Source of the DNA: Camelus ferus | Lineage: Eukaryota | NCBI RefSeq assembly: GCF_009834535.1 | Contig: NC_045712.1 | Coordinates: 24,738,001 to 24,802,000 of the forward strand | Direction: 5' to 3' | DNA length: 64,000 nt | Part shown: piece after piece, positions 49,801 to 61,515 of the stretch | Position numbering within the stretch: position 1 is the first letter of the stretch | How the letters are laid out: every line of letters begins with the position of its first letter | The notes under the pieces: model-generated | What the model was told of the DNA's origin: nothing | Seen by the model: only the letters and a program-made list of their open reading frames with translations | Database searches by the model: none | Position numbers and translations under genes: made by a program

Positions 49801-52702
49801 GTGAATAGGGAGGGTCATGTTGGCCTGAATAGGTTAAAGTAACTCTCAAAGCCAATCAGCAGTGGAACACTTTGTTCTGATGGACGCTTACTCAGAGCAC
49901 TGATAGGGCTTTGGGAGGGCTCCCCAGGGCCCTTCTCATAGCCATCCCACCTCTTCAGACCTGGACTCTGCAGGACACAGAGATCACACTCAGGTCATGG
50001 GGAGCTACCCAAGGGCTTAAGGGGGGACTGAGAGAAGTTAATGGCCCAGGGTCCAGGTGGAATAGGGGAGAGCAGAAAGGGCACATTTCAATAAAGGAGC
50101 TAGACAGGACCCATGGAGAGAGCCATGGCAGCTGGGAAAAGCATCCAGCTGTGAGGCAAAGTCTCAGTTTCCTCTACTGTCAGAAGAGGGGAGGGAATTG
50201 CTCTTCCAGAGTACATTCATCAGGGACTCCTACCCCTTTGCCTGTGCTCAAAGGAGGCTGGGCGAGTAGCAGGCACATCCCTCAAGACCTCAGGTGCCTG
50301 CAGAACCTAGATTCCACCATCAGCCCCACGTTCTCCTGCTGTTCTGTCTTTAGGGCTCCACAACACATGCTAAAGGAGGCAGCTCATCTCTGGCGCTGGC
50401 ACCAGGAGAACGGAGGAGATAGGGTGAGTGAGACTGGTTTTCCCTATGCTAGAGGCACTGGTTACTCTGGCTTGGACCTCAGGGCACTCAGGTCCTGGTG
50501 AGGAGGGAGAGGAGGGACTAAGGGGAGATCTGGCTGCCAAGCTACCAGCCCCTTAGTGGCTCCATTTCCAGAGGTCAGAGAGAAGTCAAGAGCCCAAGAC
50601 TCAGACCCCTGCCTTTCCTCCTTTCCAGACTGCTGTGTCTGTCTGCCTCGTGTTGGTGCCAAGCACAAGAAAAGCATGAGAGTACAGAGCCCTCCCTGTG
50701 TCTGCCCTCCAAGGCAGGCAATGGAGGTACTCATAGTGCCCCATGAAAGGTGCAACCCATGGACTCCTGGCAATCATATTAAGATAAAGCGCTTGATACC
50801 ATTTCTCAGATTTGGAAGCCAAGGCTGAGGGAGGTGAAGTCATCCACCCAAGGTCACATCTAGCGAGGGGCAGATGTCAGGACCTGCATCCAGGCTGGTG
50901 TGGCTCCAACACTGGAGCTCAATGTCCAAGTCCCAGTCAACCCATGGCTGCAGGCTTGAAGACCCACCCTGCCAGTCCACTTGGCCTGAACCTCTTCCCC
51001 AGGGGAGTCAAGCCCTATAGAAGGAAGGTGTCCCAAGGGTGGCTCCTGCTTCAGTGTCCCCAGCTGCCCCTATACTGTCACTTCCCATCATCACTCTCTT
51101 GGGCTGTGATACTCACATGCTTGCCAAGGTTCTTCCTCAGTAATGAGCCTGAGGCCAGGAGGGTTAGACCATCAGGGAAGCCATCACTGGTTGAGGAGTG
51201 GCCCAGGCTGTGGGACAAGGAGGTAAGAGACTGCTAGGTCAGGGCAACTGCCCTGAGATGCCGCTGAAGACAGCATCAATAGTCAAAGGGCACAGGTAGG
51301 AGGAGAGAAAGGGCAACACTGGTGAGGCAGGCAAAGGTCTGAGAGTATATGGGGGCTCAGAAAGCCAGGCATCTTGCCCTGCTGTGCCCCATCCTGTCCT
51401 TCCAGGTCCTTCTGGAGCAGCCATGAGGATAAGTCCCTGGCTCCTCCTCAAAGGAAGCTAGAGGCAGTTTAGGGTCCATGCAGCTAGGGCTGGGCAAGAA
51501 GCAGGATACTGGGGCCCTTGGGCTGTAGCGTGGCCTCTGCTAAGGCAAACGCAACCCCTAACCACAGCGGAGGAGTCGCCCAGGCCAGGTGTAACTCCAG
51601 CAATACAGACCCCCCCCAAGGCAGGGACCTAACTTCCCATCTCCATTTGACTTCCTCCCACTATGTGACCTCAGGCAGGCCATGTCTCCTCTTGTGGAGT
51701 CCATGCCTCGGGAGTGGGCACTCAGATACCAGCTACAACCTTCAACTGGCTGACTGAGAGTAAAATGAGGCTGCTACCTTGCACTGACCTTGGAGCCAAC
51801 TTCTCACAGGGAAGGGAGCTGCCAAGGTCCCACTGTAAGACACAGCCCTGGAAACCAGCATCCTGGCTCCATCAGAGGATGCTGCCCACTGGACCACACT
51901 GCCTCTGGCCACTGCACCACCAGGTCAGGCCCTTGAAAGTGACAGGTTGGAGGAATGGGAGAGGGGAATACAAAAGAACGCACCAGCCTGGTCCACTATG
52001 TTTCTCAGGACCCACTCTGATGCAGGCTAACACCAGCACCTGCCAACCTGGAGGTCTCCTGCCGCTGTGGACAGAAGGGCTGGGCCTTCAGGCCTCCTGG
52101 CAGCCACAAGTCTGCCAACCAGAGCTGGGGTGGAGGTCAACCTTGTGCTCACCGCCTCAGCTTCTCACTCTCCCCAGCCCCAACCAGGGATAGATGGGTT
52201 ATCAGAAACCCCAAGGCTGACTTAGAAGGAACATTTTAGCTAAAAACTATGGGAATAAAAAGTAAAACAAGCCCTGCTCACCCCCTACTGTTAAATGAAT
52301 GTGGACACGTGACCCCAGAACTGTGCAGCAAGACCCCTCAGCCCCCTCCCCACCAGAAAGTAGGCAGCCACCCCCAAGCTCAAGCTCAGATGCAATTACT
52401 GTGCTCAGAGTCTAGACCCAGTCAAGGGAGTGTGCTTTAGTGCACCTGGGGCACTGGAAGGCTAAGCCAACCCCCGGGAGAGAGGAGCTCAGTGCCAAGC
52501 GCCCTGGCATCTGAGGCCAGGAGGAGCACAAGTGCCCTTCTCCACACTGCACCCCACACCCCCACCAGGTGGGGCCTGACAGCCGGGCCCGCTGGGGCAG
52601 AAGGAAGCTCTTACCCCCGGCACTGCCTAGGGGCAAAGGGTCAGGGGACCCACAAACCACAATAACAAAACATTAGGTCACCACTTGCTGGTCTCTTGCC
52701 AC

Positions 52703-52708
52703 TTTATT
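52703..52708 (-). terminator. HEMK1 polyadenylation signal
   Basis: TTTATT on plus = AATAAA on minus, about 300 nt after the stop codon. Confidence 0.7.
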
Positions 52709-53010
52709 GGCTGTATCTCTCAACATCCCCAGAGCAACTCCACCCACAGAGACACTGAGCAACCTGCCTTTGCCACACTGATGTGATAGAATCAGATTGG
52801 GAACCTGGGTCTGTTCAGCTCCTAAGCTGGACTGTGGGTACCCTTGCTTTTGGCATCCCCAGGAAGGACATCCCTGCCCTTGCTTCTACCCTCAAATCTC
52901 CTAGAAATGTAGAACATGGGGAATCACAGAGCCACAGAAAATGCTGCAAGCATCTGAGGTTCTGGAAGGCACCACCCACCTCCCTTAAAGTAGCATTCCA
53001 GGTAGAAGTG

Positions 53011-53104
53011 TCAGCCAGCCACTCTGGCAGGCTGGAGCACGGGCCAGGCATCTGCAGGGCAACCACGCTGTGGCCTAGACCTCTGGATATGCAGGAACCG
53101 GGGC
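53011..53104 (-). CDS. HEMK1: HEMK1 last coding exon (C-terminally extended)
   Basis: Acceptor ccctgtctccttag|. Encodes (R)PRFLHIQRSRPQRGCPADAWPVLQPARVAG-TGA. Confidence 0.88.
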
Positions 53105-53258
53105 CTAAGGAGACAGGGACAAGGGGGCAGTCACTGCCTGGGCCCTGGGGAATGAGCAGGGTGTGGGAACTGCACACTTGCCCCACAGCCAGAGCTGGAA
53201 TAGTCAGAGTGGAAGGACCAGTGTGGCTGTGGGAGCTGGGGGTTGGGTAGAGCCTCAC

Positions 53259-53372
53259 CTCCCACAGAAATCCCGGCGCACAGTCACGAGATTGAGGAAC
53301 AGGTCTGGCCGGCTCTGAAGCCAGCTGCCAACGAGCTCTGGGTGTCTTGGGTCCACTTCTAAGAAGATGCTT
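53259..53372 (-). CDS. HEMK1: HEMK1 coding exon 9 (114 bp)
   Basis: [37 protein letters not shown]. ag|...|gtgagg boundaries, phases consistent. Confidence 0.95.
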
Positions 53373-53538
53373 CTATATGGGGGAGAAATGGGTCAGCTCA
53401 ACTGGGCAGGGCTGGACCTGCACTTCTGGGTTACCTGAGCTGGGAGGAGTAGAGGTAGAATGATGGCCAGGGCAGGCCCAGTACACACTGGGAGGGAGAG
53501 GCTGCTGAGGTTAGACCCAGGAGACACCCCATCCATAC

Positions 53539-53634
53539 CCAGAGTCCTTCAGGAGTCGAGGTGCCAGGGCCAGGATGTGGGAAATGATGTCCATGCCCTC
53601 CTCGCCACCATCCAGGGCTACTGGGTCTTCATAG
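53539..53634 (-). CDS. HEMK1: HEMK1 coding exon 8 (96 bp)
   Basis: [31 protein letters not shown]. ttttccccttcag| and |gtatgg. Confidence 0.95.
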
Positions 53635-54129
53635 CTGAAGGGGAAAACAGTGGGAGGTGAGGGCCTGGGATGGCTGTGGAGAAGCTGAGCAGGGCTTCCA
53701 CAAAGAGGGCTCTATGGAACTCACGCTCTAGGCTGAAAGGAGAGTCTGAGGACCCAGAGGGGGAGCCCCCAAATGATGGCAGCTCCAATTCCCCTACCTC
53801 TTATAGGCAGCCTCCCACCAGGCAGTGCTGGGAGTGTTCAGTGATCCGTAAAGAATGACAACGTCCAGGGCATGAGGGCCTCCCCACAACAAAGATGTTC
53901 CTATTCTTGGCCTGGGGAGGCCTAGAGCTGGCCCTGACCACTCCTGAGAGCCAGCAAAGGGGAAGCCAGCACCCCAACCCACACTACTACCTCATCCAGA
54001 AGCTTCTGGGCTACCCCTGATTCTCAGCCTCTGAGAGCAGGATGGCTCAGTGCAAAGCCTGGAGTAGAGTCTTAGTCCCAGCTTTCCTGCTAAGCCCCCA
54101 CACGAGTTTGAACAAGACCCTCTCTTAGC

Positions 54130-54335
54130 CTCAGTCTTCTGGAAAATGATGCACCCATCCGAGCACCTTCTAAGTACTGTACACCACGTCTGATATTTTA
54201 GTCATCACTGAGTCCTCTCCATGGTCCTGCAAAGCTCTACCACTCCCTTTCCAGAGGCAGAAAACTGAGGTGCAGAGAGGTTCAGTGGTCTTAAGTGGGA
54301 AGGCAGAAGCTGAACCCAAATAGGTCTGTGGGTTC
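54130..54335 (-). mobile_element. MIR SINE (HEMK1 intron)
   Basis: ccactccctttccagaggcagaaaactgaggtgcagagaggttcagt...gcagaagctgaacccaaa. Confidence 0.65.
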
Positions 54336-54471
54336 CAGAGTGAGCCTCTCTTTCAACACCATTGCCCCTTTCAGCCCCCTAATCTCCCTATCCCCCTGAT
54401 GGTGTGGTCCTCCAGGACAGGCCCATCCCACTAGACCTTCTCAGGCCTGGCCTCCCTGGTCTACCACACAC

Positions 54472-54580
54472 CTGAGGATCTCAGGGGCCAGCTGCTCCAT
54501 GTCCCGGTGGAAGACGTAGGGAGGGTTGCTGACGATCAGGTCCACGGGGCCCCAGGGTAGAATATGTGCCCAGCTGTCCT
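54472..54580 (-). CDS. HEMK1: HEMK1 coding exon 7 (109 bp), NPPY catalytic motif
   Basis: [35 protein letters not shown]. cag|...|gtgtgt. Confidence 0.95.
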
Positions 54581-55362
54581 CTGTGGTCAAGGGGAACAAA
54601 CAGCAGAGAATGGGAGGTAAAGGGTGGTAGCTCCAGGCACCACCATGTCCCTTGGGTAATCCCTCTTCCCAAGCCTATCTCTGAACCCAATAAACTAGAC
54701 TTACAGATTACTGCCCAGGGTCCCCAGTCAGCAGCCTGGCTGGGAATGTGTATGCTGTGACATGGCAGTTCTCCCCCTGGAGTGTCCCTGCCCTCTCTTC
54801 TTCCTGTTAAAAATCTCCTCAGTAAGCAAGACTCAACTCAGGTGCCGCCTTGAGGCAGCCATCTCTGATTGCCTGCGCAAAGCAAGAGCCTCTGTCCTCT
54901 GCAGCCCCAGAGGCCTTGCCACTCCACCTCATAGCCAACACGGACTAAGTGTATGGAGGGCAGGCCTGGCCTCAGTCAATTGATTCCTGGTGACTTTGTC
55001 TACTGGTCCCATCCTGAGCCAAGTGCTATACCAGCTGTACACTCCATGGAGGGGGCACACAAACTCAAGGATCCTGTGGACAAGTGATGGGACCAGAACT
55101 GGTGCCAGGGCCCCCGAGGACACTCTGTAAAGGCAGAGCCCAAGTTGTGTTGTGCTGGGGCCTGACAGGGGCAGGGGGACACTCAAGTATTCTGGTCCCA
55201 AAGGCTTTCTTTTGAGCTTCTGCTTATCTCTTGACAACAAGCCCTAGGTACGGGGATATGGAAGGTAAGGAAGACACTGAGGCTGATCTCTTCAGGGGTC
55301 AGGTCAGCCTAGGAGGCAATAGGGACTTGCCTGTCCTCAGCAAGGACTACTCTGAGATACCC

Positions 55363-55396
55363 CACGTGTGTGTGTGTGTGCGCGCGCACGCGTGTG
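55363..55396. repeat. (TG)n(CG)n microsatellite; 34-bp purine-pyrimidine alternation
   Basis: cacgtgtgtgtgtgtgtgcgcgcgcacgcgtgtg. Confidence 0.95.
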
Positions 55397-55509
55397 AGAG
55401 AGCGAGGAAGGCTGGGGAAGCCCTCCCTCTACCATTGCAGAGTGCCTCATCCATCCAGCAGCACCTGTACCCAGGATCCCCACCCAGGGAAGATGGGTGA
55501 GGAAGGTAC

Positions 55510-55559
55510 CTAAGGTCACATCGAGGGGGATGATCCGAATCCTGTCCTGCAACTGAAGC
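55510..55559 (-). CDS. HEMK1: HEMK1 coding exon 6 (50 bp)
   Basis: LQLQDRIRIIPLDVTL. ctctccag|...|gtacct. Confidence 0.93.
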
Positions 55560-55820
55560 CTGGAGAGATAGGAAAGTAAAAGTGAGTATGGCGGGGCCGA
55601 CTCCTACTCTTGACTAGGAGAATAAACCCTTCGTGGATCAGCAATATACCTGGTTCCCACTGTTCTTTTGTAACCCTGTGGGACTCATGCCAAGCCACCC
55701 CAATTGCCTCCTCCTTCTTGGGTGCGGACAGTGCTGGGTTTGATACTTGCATAGGGGTTGAGATCAGGCCCCTAAGTCTGACTTCCACCAGCCTGACCCT
55801 CTATCCCCAAGACCACCTAC

Positions 55821-55885
55821 CTGTGAGCATTCTCATTGGCCAGGCAGATGGCAGCTTCTCCCTTGTCCACAGCAATGACTTGGCT
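55821..55885 (-). CDS. HEMK1: HEMK1 coding exon 5 (65 bp)
   Basis: [21 protein letters not shown]. cag|...|gtaggt. Confidence 0.93.
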
Positions 55886-56208
55886 CTGCCCCAAGAACAA
55901 AGGGTACATGGGAGGCAGGGTGCTTGGAGAAGCCAGGCCTTGGGACCAGAGCCCTCCTCCAATTCCCTACTAGAAGAGGAGGAAAATTATCAATAGCTTT
56001 TTCCTCTCTGTGGACAGGGTTAGGCCAGATAGAAGGGGATGGGAGCTGGAATCTGTGACCTCTAAGAGCTCTGTCTTCCTCCTACTTCCAGTCATTCCCC
56101 CTCAAGGGCTTCTAGCAGAGATGGGTTGCGGAGAGATCAGCAGGAAGGACAGTAAGTGCCAGTCACAGTCTACCCAGGGTGGGGTGGAGGGATGCACAGG
56201 GGGCTCAC

Positions 56209-56343
56209 CTGGGGGAGCTTGCTCAGCAGGCTGAGGGAGATGGCTCCTGATCCACAGCCCACCTCCAGGATCAGGGGGCCACCTTGGGCTCTCACCACAC
56301 GGGATCTTTGGGTCACCTCTTCCAGCACCCATTCAACCAGTTC
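56209..56343 (-). CDS. HEMK1: HEMK1 coding exon 4 (135 bp), SAM-binding motif I
   Basis: [45 protein letters not shown]. ccttgtag|...|gtgagc. Confidence 0.96.
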
Positions 56344-59300
56344 CTACAAGGTAGAGAGATCTGGATCAGAGCTGGTGCTGACCTAGCCCCTGCAGGTCTT
56401 GGCATAGAGCCGAAGCATGGTTAGCCCCTTTGTGAACATAGAAGGGAGGTGGCTAAAGCCAGACTGAACTTTGTATCAGCTGAGGCCATAGGTGGGTCAC
56501 TGTCTCTCCATGCCTCCACTTCCCCAACTGTAAACTTGAGCACAGTTGTGGATAACCCACCTCACAGGGGATGGGGGTAGTTTAAACAGAACCACATTCA
56601 TGAAGCATTGATTTCAGGCTTGATACATGGTAAGTGTTCAGTAAGCCCTCGCTAATCCCTTTAGAGATATCTTCTTGTTTTGTGCTCAAAGCAGTGCTAA
56701 GATGGTCCCTGGCCACCTCCTCTCCTGGCCCTGCTTCCAGAGCTTTCCCTATACTAATCTGTTAGATCCTCACAACCAGTCCATAAGGAAAGTAAGGCCC
56801 AGAGGTTAAGGCCCCGCCTGGAGCCTGGCCTGCAGCTCATGGTGGCCAAGAATCAGGGGTCAATGTGTCCCCAGCTTCCTCATAACCTCCCCAGAGAAGC
56901 TCCTAGGCTGAAAGGATGGAGAATTCCCTCCATGGAGGGATGGGGAATGACACAGTCCCACCTGAGTCCCATATCTGAAGCGGGCTATGGTATACATAGG
57001 GCAGCGGGTAAGTGGGCCCACATGGAGGGAGGTGCCTAACTGCACCGTACCTGCCTTGGCGGCAGGGGGACACTTTCAGATGCTGTTTACAAACAACAGA
57101 GTTTCAAGTCTCACCTATCCATCTGCCACCTGCAGACTGTGCATGGAAGCCATTATAGGGTGGAGGTGAGGGTGGAGAGATGCTGCCCAATGGCCAAAAT
57201 GTTTCTAAACAGCAATAGAGTGGGGGCCCAAGTAGCCAGGCATGGAGCAGGGAAAGGGCAGTGTGGTCCCTTCTCAAAGGTGCCCCTTCGGATGAGAGCA
57301 GGAGAGGTTCTGGGGAGGCTGGGGACTCCTGGGATTCCAGGCAGGGCTGGCTCAGGGAATGATGGGAGGGGTCAGCAAGTAAGCATTTCCCTCATCTGAA
57401 ATAGGTCTACATTCTTCAGAAAGGCTTCCTCAACCCCCACCAGGGTCTTTCTTCACTATGTGCCTAACATCTAGGATGGGGTCTGCCTCTCCCGCCAGAT
57501 TGAAGGCTCCATGATGGGAAGACTAGGGACCTAACCCATCACGGTGTGTCCCACATGAGCAGGGCTTGGCCCACAGAGGGGCCTCTAGGTTTGGCTACTT
57601 CTCAAGTGCTGGGCCAACTCTCACTCAGTTCAGTGGCCACGGGAAGCTACCCTCTGAGTCTCAGACCGCCAGGTCCCCTCAAGCTCTCAATGTCAACAGT
57701 TAGGCCCCAATGGAGCAGAGGGCTCTAGATCACTCAAACCCATTTTCCACATAAGCTCCTCAGTGCTAAGTCCCCAGAAGTATTTCATCCTTCCAGGCAC
57801 CCCAACCAGGAGTAAAGCTCACCTGTCCCCAAAGGTAGCAAGTCCAAGGCAGGTAGAACTTGATCAGTGGGTCTAACCTTTCCTATTCCAAGCCCCTTCT
57901 GCACCAAACAGTCTGTCTCCAGTCAGAGAAGGCTTTCCATCACTCTCTCCCACTGGCCCTATACCAGGCACTATGGAGACTTAGGATGCCAGCAGCGAGC
58001 TGGGCCCACAGCACTGGGACCGGCACAGAGTGAGCAGTCGAGGGCTGTGGCCGAGAGTCTGCAGTCTCAGTGGTGAGGTCACATACTGAGCGGCCAACTG
58101 GACAGCTGAGACTTGTCAGGAGCATGAGCTTCCCTTGGTTTCCTGGCCACAGACAGATCTACCCTGGCTGGAGAATGACCCCTCAGCCAACCACACTGGC
58201 CAGCCACCTCACAGAGACACCTCGACCTGAGAGGCACACATCATATATGTGAATGGCTACCTGGGTAGGGTGTGAAGCTGAGACTGGGCTCCCACTGTCA
58301 TCAGTGCCCTCTTGTCTCTCTCTGACACTCCAGACCATGAGGGGATCATCTTGGCTATGGGACCACCTGGGGGTGGATAGGGGTGGAGATCACTCCCAGC
58401 AAGTCCAGAAACTCTCTTGCTTGCCTAGTAAAGAGCCTCCTCAGCCTAAAGTAGGTAGGTTCCTCAGGGAGGCTGAAAGCCAGGCTGGTCACAGGCCCAA
58501 GGCACCACTTCCAGGTGAACAAGAGAAGAGCACAGTGGGGTGGGGGCAGAGGGGCAGGTGGGAAGAAGGCAGAGAGCAGGCCGCTGTCGGCTCTGCCTGG
58601 AGCCACTGCCTCAACAGGACTCCACAGCCCTCAAGAAGTCAGCCCAAGGCCTCAGCAGGACATGAGTGCCATGAGCGCCTTCATTAGGATCACACTCCTG
58701 ACGGGCAGCCCCAGGAAATTGGCATTGCCTCTCTCAAGCTAATCACAGATAGGGCACAGAGCCTCACCTCACCAAGCTGGGTGACAATGGCTCACACTGC
58801 CAAGCCAGGGACTGAGGCACCTTCCCACCCCCAGGGAAAATCCAACTCGTCAGGCCACATGCCACCTACAACTTTGCATTTTAGAATTTTGCACTCATCA
58901 TCAGAAACCACCCTACAATGGATGGAGAGAATGCAGGCAACTTGGTCCTTCCCCTGCACTCATTCTCCCCACTCCCTGCCACAGGCCACGTCCTCTCAAG
59001 TTCCTGGTAAAGCACCCCCCCAATGCGGCTTCACACTGGGGCAAATCTGGCAAGTTCTGAGAAATGTCCGTACAGTGAGGCAAGGATCTAGCCTCCCAAC
59101 CACAGCCTCCCTCCTCCCCTCAACCCCCTGCAGCAGAGCTGTTCTCCTGGCCCAGACCCACCCAGGAAAGCGGGGCCCCCACATGGGAGCCGGAAGTCCA
59201 CACCCAACATTCAGTACCCTGAAACACATGGTTGGTGCCAGGTCAGCTCTGAGGGGACCCAAAGGTCATCAGGGTAGCTTCCCTCCCATGCCCTGACCCT

Positions 59301-60517
59301 TGGCAGCCTCAGGAGAGACTGAGTGACCTCCTGGCCAGAGGTCACATGCTTGGGGGAGCCACGGGCTGACCTCCCAAAAACCTGCAGGTTGCAGGCCACA
59401 TCCTGCTCTGGGTCTCTGCACTCATCCCAGCTCATCCAATCCGAGATGGGGCAGCCCCATGTGAGGTATGGGGCCCTGATCCAGAAGTCAGGATGTCCAA
59501 GTGCTGCCCCCATGCTCCCTGCCTTGGCAGCCCTGTGACTTCAGCAAGGTCTCAGATTCCCTACTGTCTCTGCCCTGACACTGGCAGTACGGCGAGGACT
59601 TGGCCTCCCAAACACATGATGTACAGGAGCAGGTGGGGTCAGAGGGTTTCTTGGCTGAGGAAGAGAGGCTCGGAAAGTGAGGAGGGGCTCTGGGTCCCTG
59701 GCTGGGGCAGGTGGATGAGGCCTGATCTTTCCCAGGAATGTGTGTGCCTTTCTAGAAACATCCCTTCTCAGAAACTGGTGCCCTCTGGCTTGCCCACCAG
59801 CCACACCCACATATCCCTCTACCTGCTCTGCTCTCACTGGCTCCCAGCTCTGCCACCTCCAAGGTCAGGAAGAAGCCCAAAAAGGGCCACAGAAAGCATC
59901 TCTCCCAGGATCAGGGTGCCTCACCTAGAGATAGCATGCTGGGACCACACACTTTCCAATCCTAGTAATTTGAGAGACACAGGAGATTACCTGACTAGAT
60001 AGTGGGTGTAAAAGGTAAAAAGATCCCAACAATTCCCTGGTTTGGAGGCCCAACCCTCTCATCATCTGGGCCCAGAGGGGGCAGTGACTACTCGAGGTCA
60101 CAAAGCTGTACCAGCTTTCCAGATGTCCAGCTGGAGCCCTCTCCACTTTGCCCATGCCTCCCGAGGAAGAAGTGGGCACTTATTTCCCGGGGCTGGGTAG
60201 GCCAGAGGGCCCACTGGACAGCTCCTGGGGAAATGACAAGAACAGGCTGAGCACTTGGTGGGCAGCACTAACTGGGGCACCCTGAGCCACTGCCAGCCTA
60301 GGGACTGGGACAGTAGCTTGGGATATGAGGACAGTCAAGGAGGCCAGCAGGAGACTTCTTTCCTCTTGGCCCCACCTACCCAGCCAGCCAGGAAGGGCAC
60401 TGCCTCTAAAAGATAGCAGCCATGGGGCCCCAGCGCCCCCTGGAGGAAGTCTGGGACAAGACAGGTGCCTTAAACCCCCTTCATTCCCATCCTGCCCTGT
60501 CCTGGAGGCACACTTAC

Positions 60518-60611
60518 CTCTGTTTCCCGCCGAGGGATGAATACTGGGGGCACCATCTTCAGACTGAGCCCCTGAAAGTCCCACTCACCAAGGATGTACT
60601 GCACAGGCATC
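60518..60611 (-). CDS. HEMK1: HEMK1 coding exon 3 (94 bp)
   Basis: [31 protein letters not shown]. ccccctctgcag|...|gtaagt. Confidence 0.96.
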
Positions 60612-60925
60612 CTGCAGAGGGGGCAGAAGGGTATCATCAATGCCAGAGCCTGGACCAACAGGACTATGTCTGGGTTGAGGGATACTGTGGCCAAAGGTAT
60701 TGGGTAGAGTCACGTCTCCTGTGCCCAAGAACTCCTAGCCAAGGCCTTCCCTCCCTCCCTTCTTCCTATTTACTACCATGACCCCTCTCTAGTCACTCCC
60801 TCATCCCATCACCTCCTTAGTCCTTGGACTCTTTCTTCCTCCCTGACCATGGACTTGGTGGGGCCGAAGGGAGCTGGACCTTGCTCCCTACACAGAGCCC
60901 TCAGGTTTGGCTCATGGGTGCTCAC

Positions 60926-61017
60926 CTTTGCAATCGGTAGCTACTCAGCTCCTGGATATACTGTAACTGCCAAGGTGTCAGGGGCTGGGTCCAAAGTTCT
61001 GGCCTCAGGCTCTGAAA
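60926..61017 (-). CDS. HEMK1: HEMK1 coding exon 2 (92 bp)
   Basis: FQSLRPELWTQPLTPWQLQYIQELSSYRLQ. ggcag|...|gtgagc. Confidence 0.95.
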
Positions 61018-61305
61018 CTGCCCCACAGAGAATGTGAGTGGCTGGCTCCCCTGATCCAGGTTTCTTTTGTGGACAATGCCAGTGGGTCCAACACTAGCCA
61101 CCTTGGTCATCCCTGAACCCCTAGTGCCTGGCACCCACTGTAAGTTTCTTGGATGAATGAATAAGTATCTGCCCAAGACACTCCTTCAGAAAAACCCCAT
61201 CATTCTCAGCTCAGCACTGTCATTGGAGTGAAAAAGCCTAGATGTCTCTTCCCCAGGGTCCTCCCTCCTCCTACTTCCTGTCCTCTTGACAACACTGCAC
61301 TTAAC

Positions 61306-61515
61306 TGTTTTGGCTCCAAGGACATGAGCCACGATGTACTCACTGGATTCCCGGGCCTCAGGGATACCCCTTTTCTCAAAGACTGCTGTCCAGTGGTTGA
61401 CCAGCTCTGTGACATTCAACAACCTAGCCAGAGGCAGATGAGGCCGCCATGAGGTGAAGGTGCAGCCCCAAATGCCTCCCCTCCACCCTAGGCCAGACAG
61501 GAGGGCCCTCAGCAT
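61306..61515 (-). CDS. HEMK1: HEMK1 (mitochondrial release-factor glutamine methyltransferase, PrmC family) first coding exon
   Basis: [14 protein letters not shown]...[26 protein letters not shown], an Arg-rich, acid-free presequence followed by the conserved PrmC N-domain. Donor ACA|gttaag. The ten exons sum to 1059 nt = 352 aa plus stop. Confidence 0.93.

Noticed and set aside
49911-50501. 196-aa intergenic ORF
   Set aside because: TTG start, overlaps MIR/L2-like sequence, no domain or codon signal.
57150-57159. Perfect CArG box CCATTATAGG
   Set aside because: A single 10-mer expected by chance in 64 kb, with no supporting motifs.
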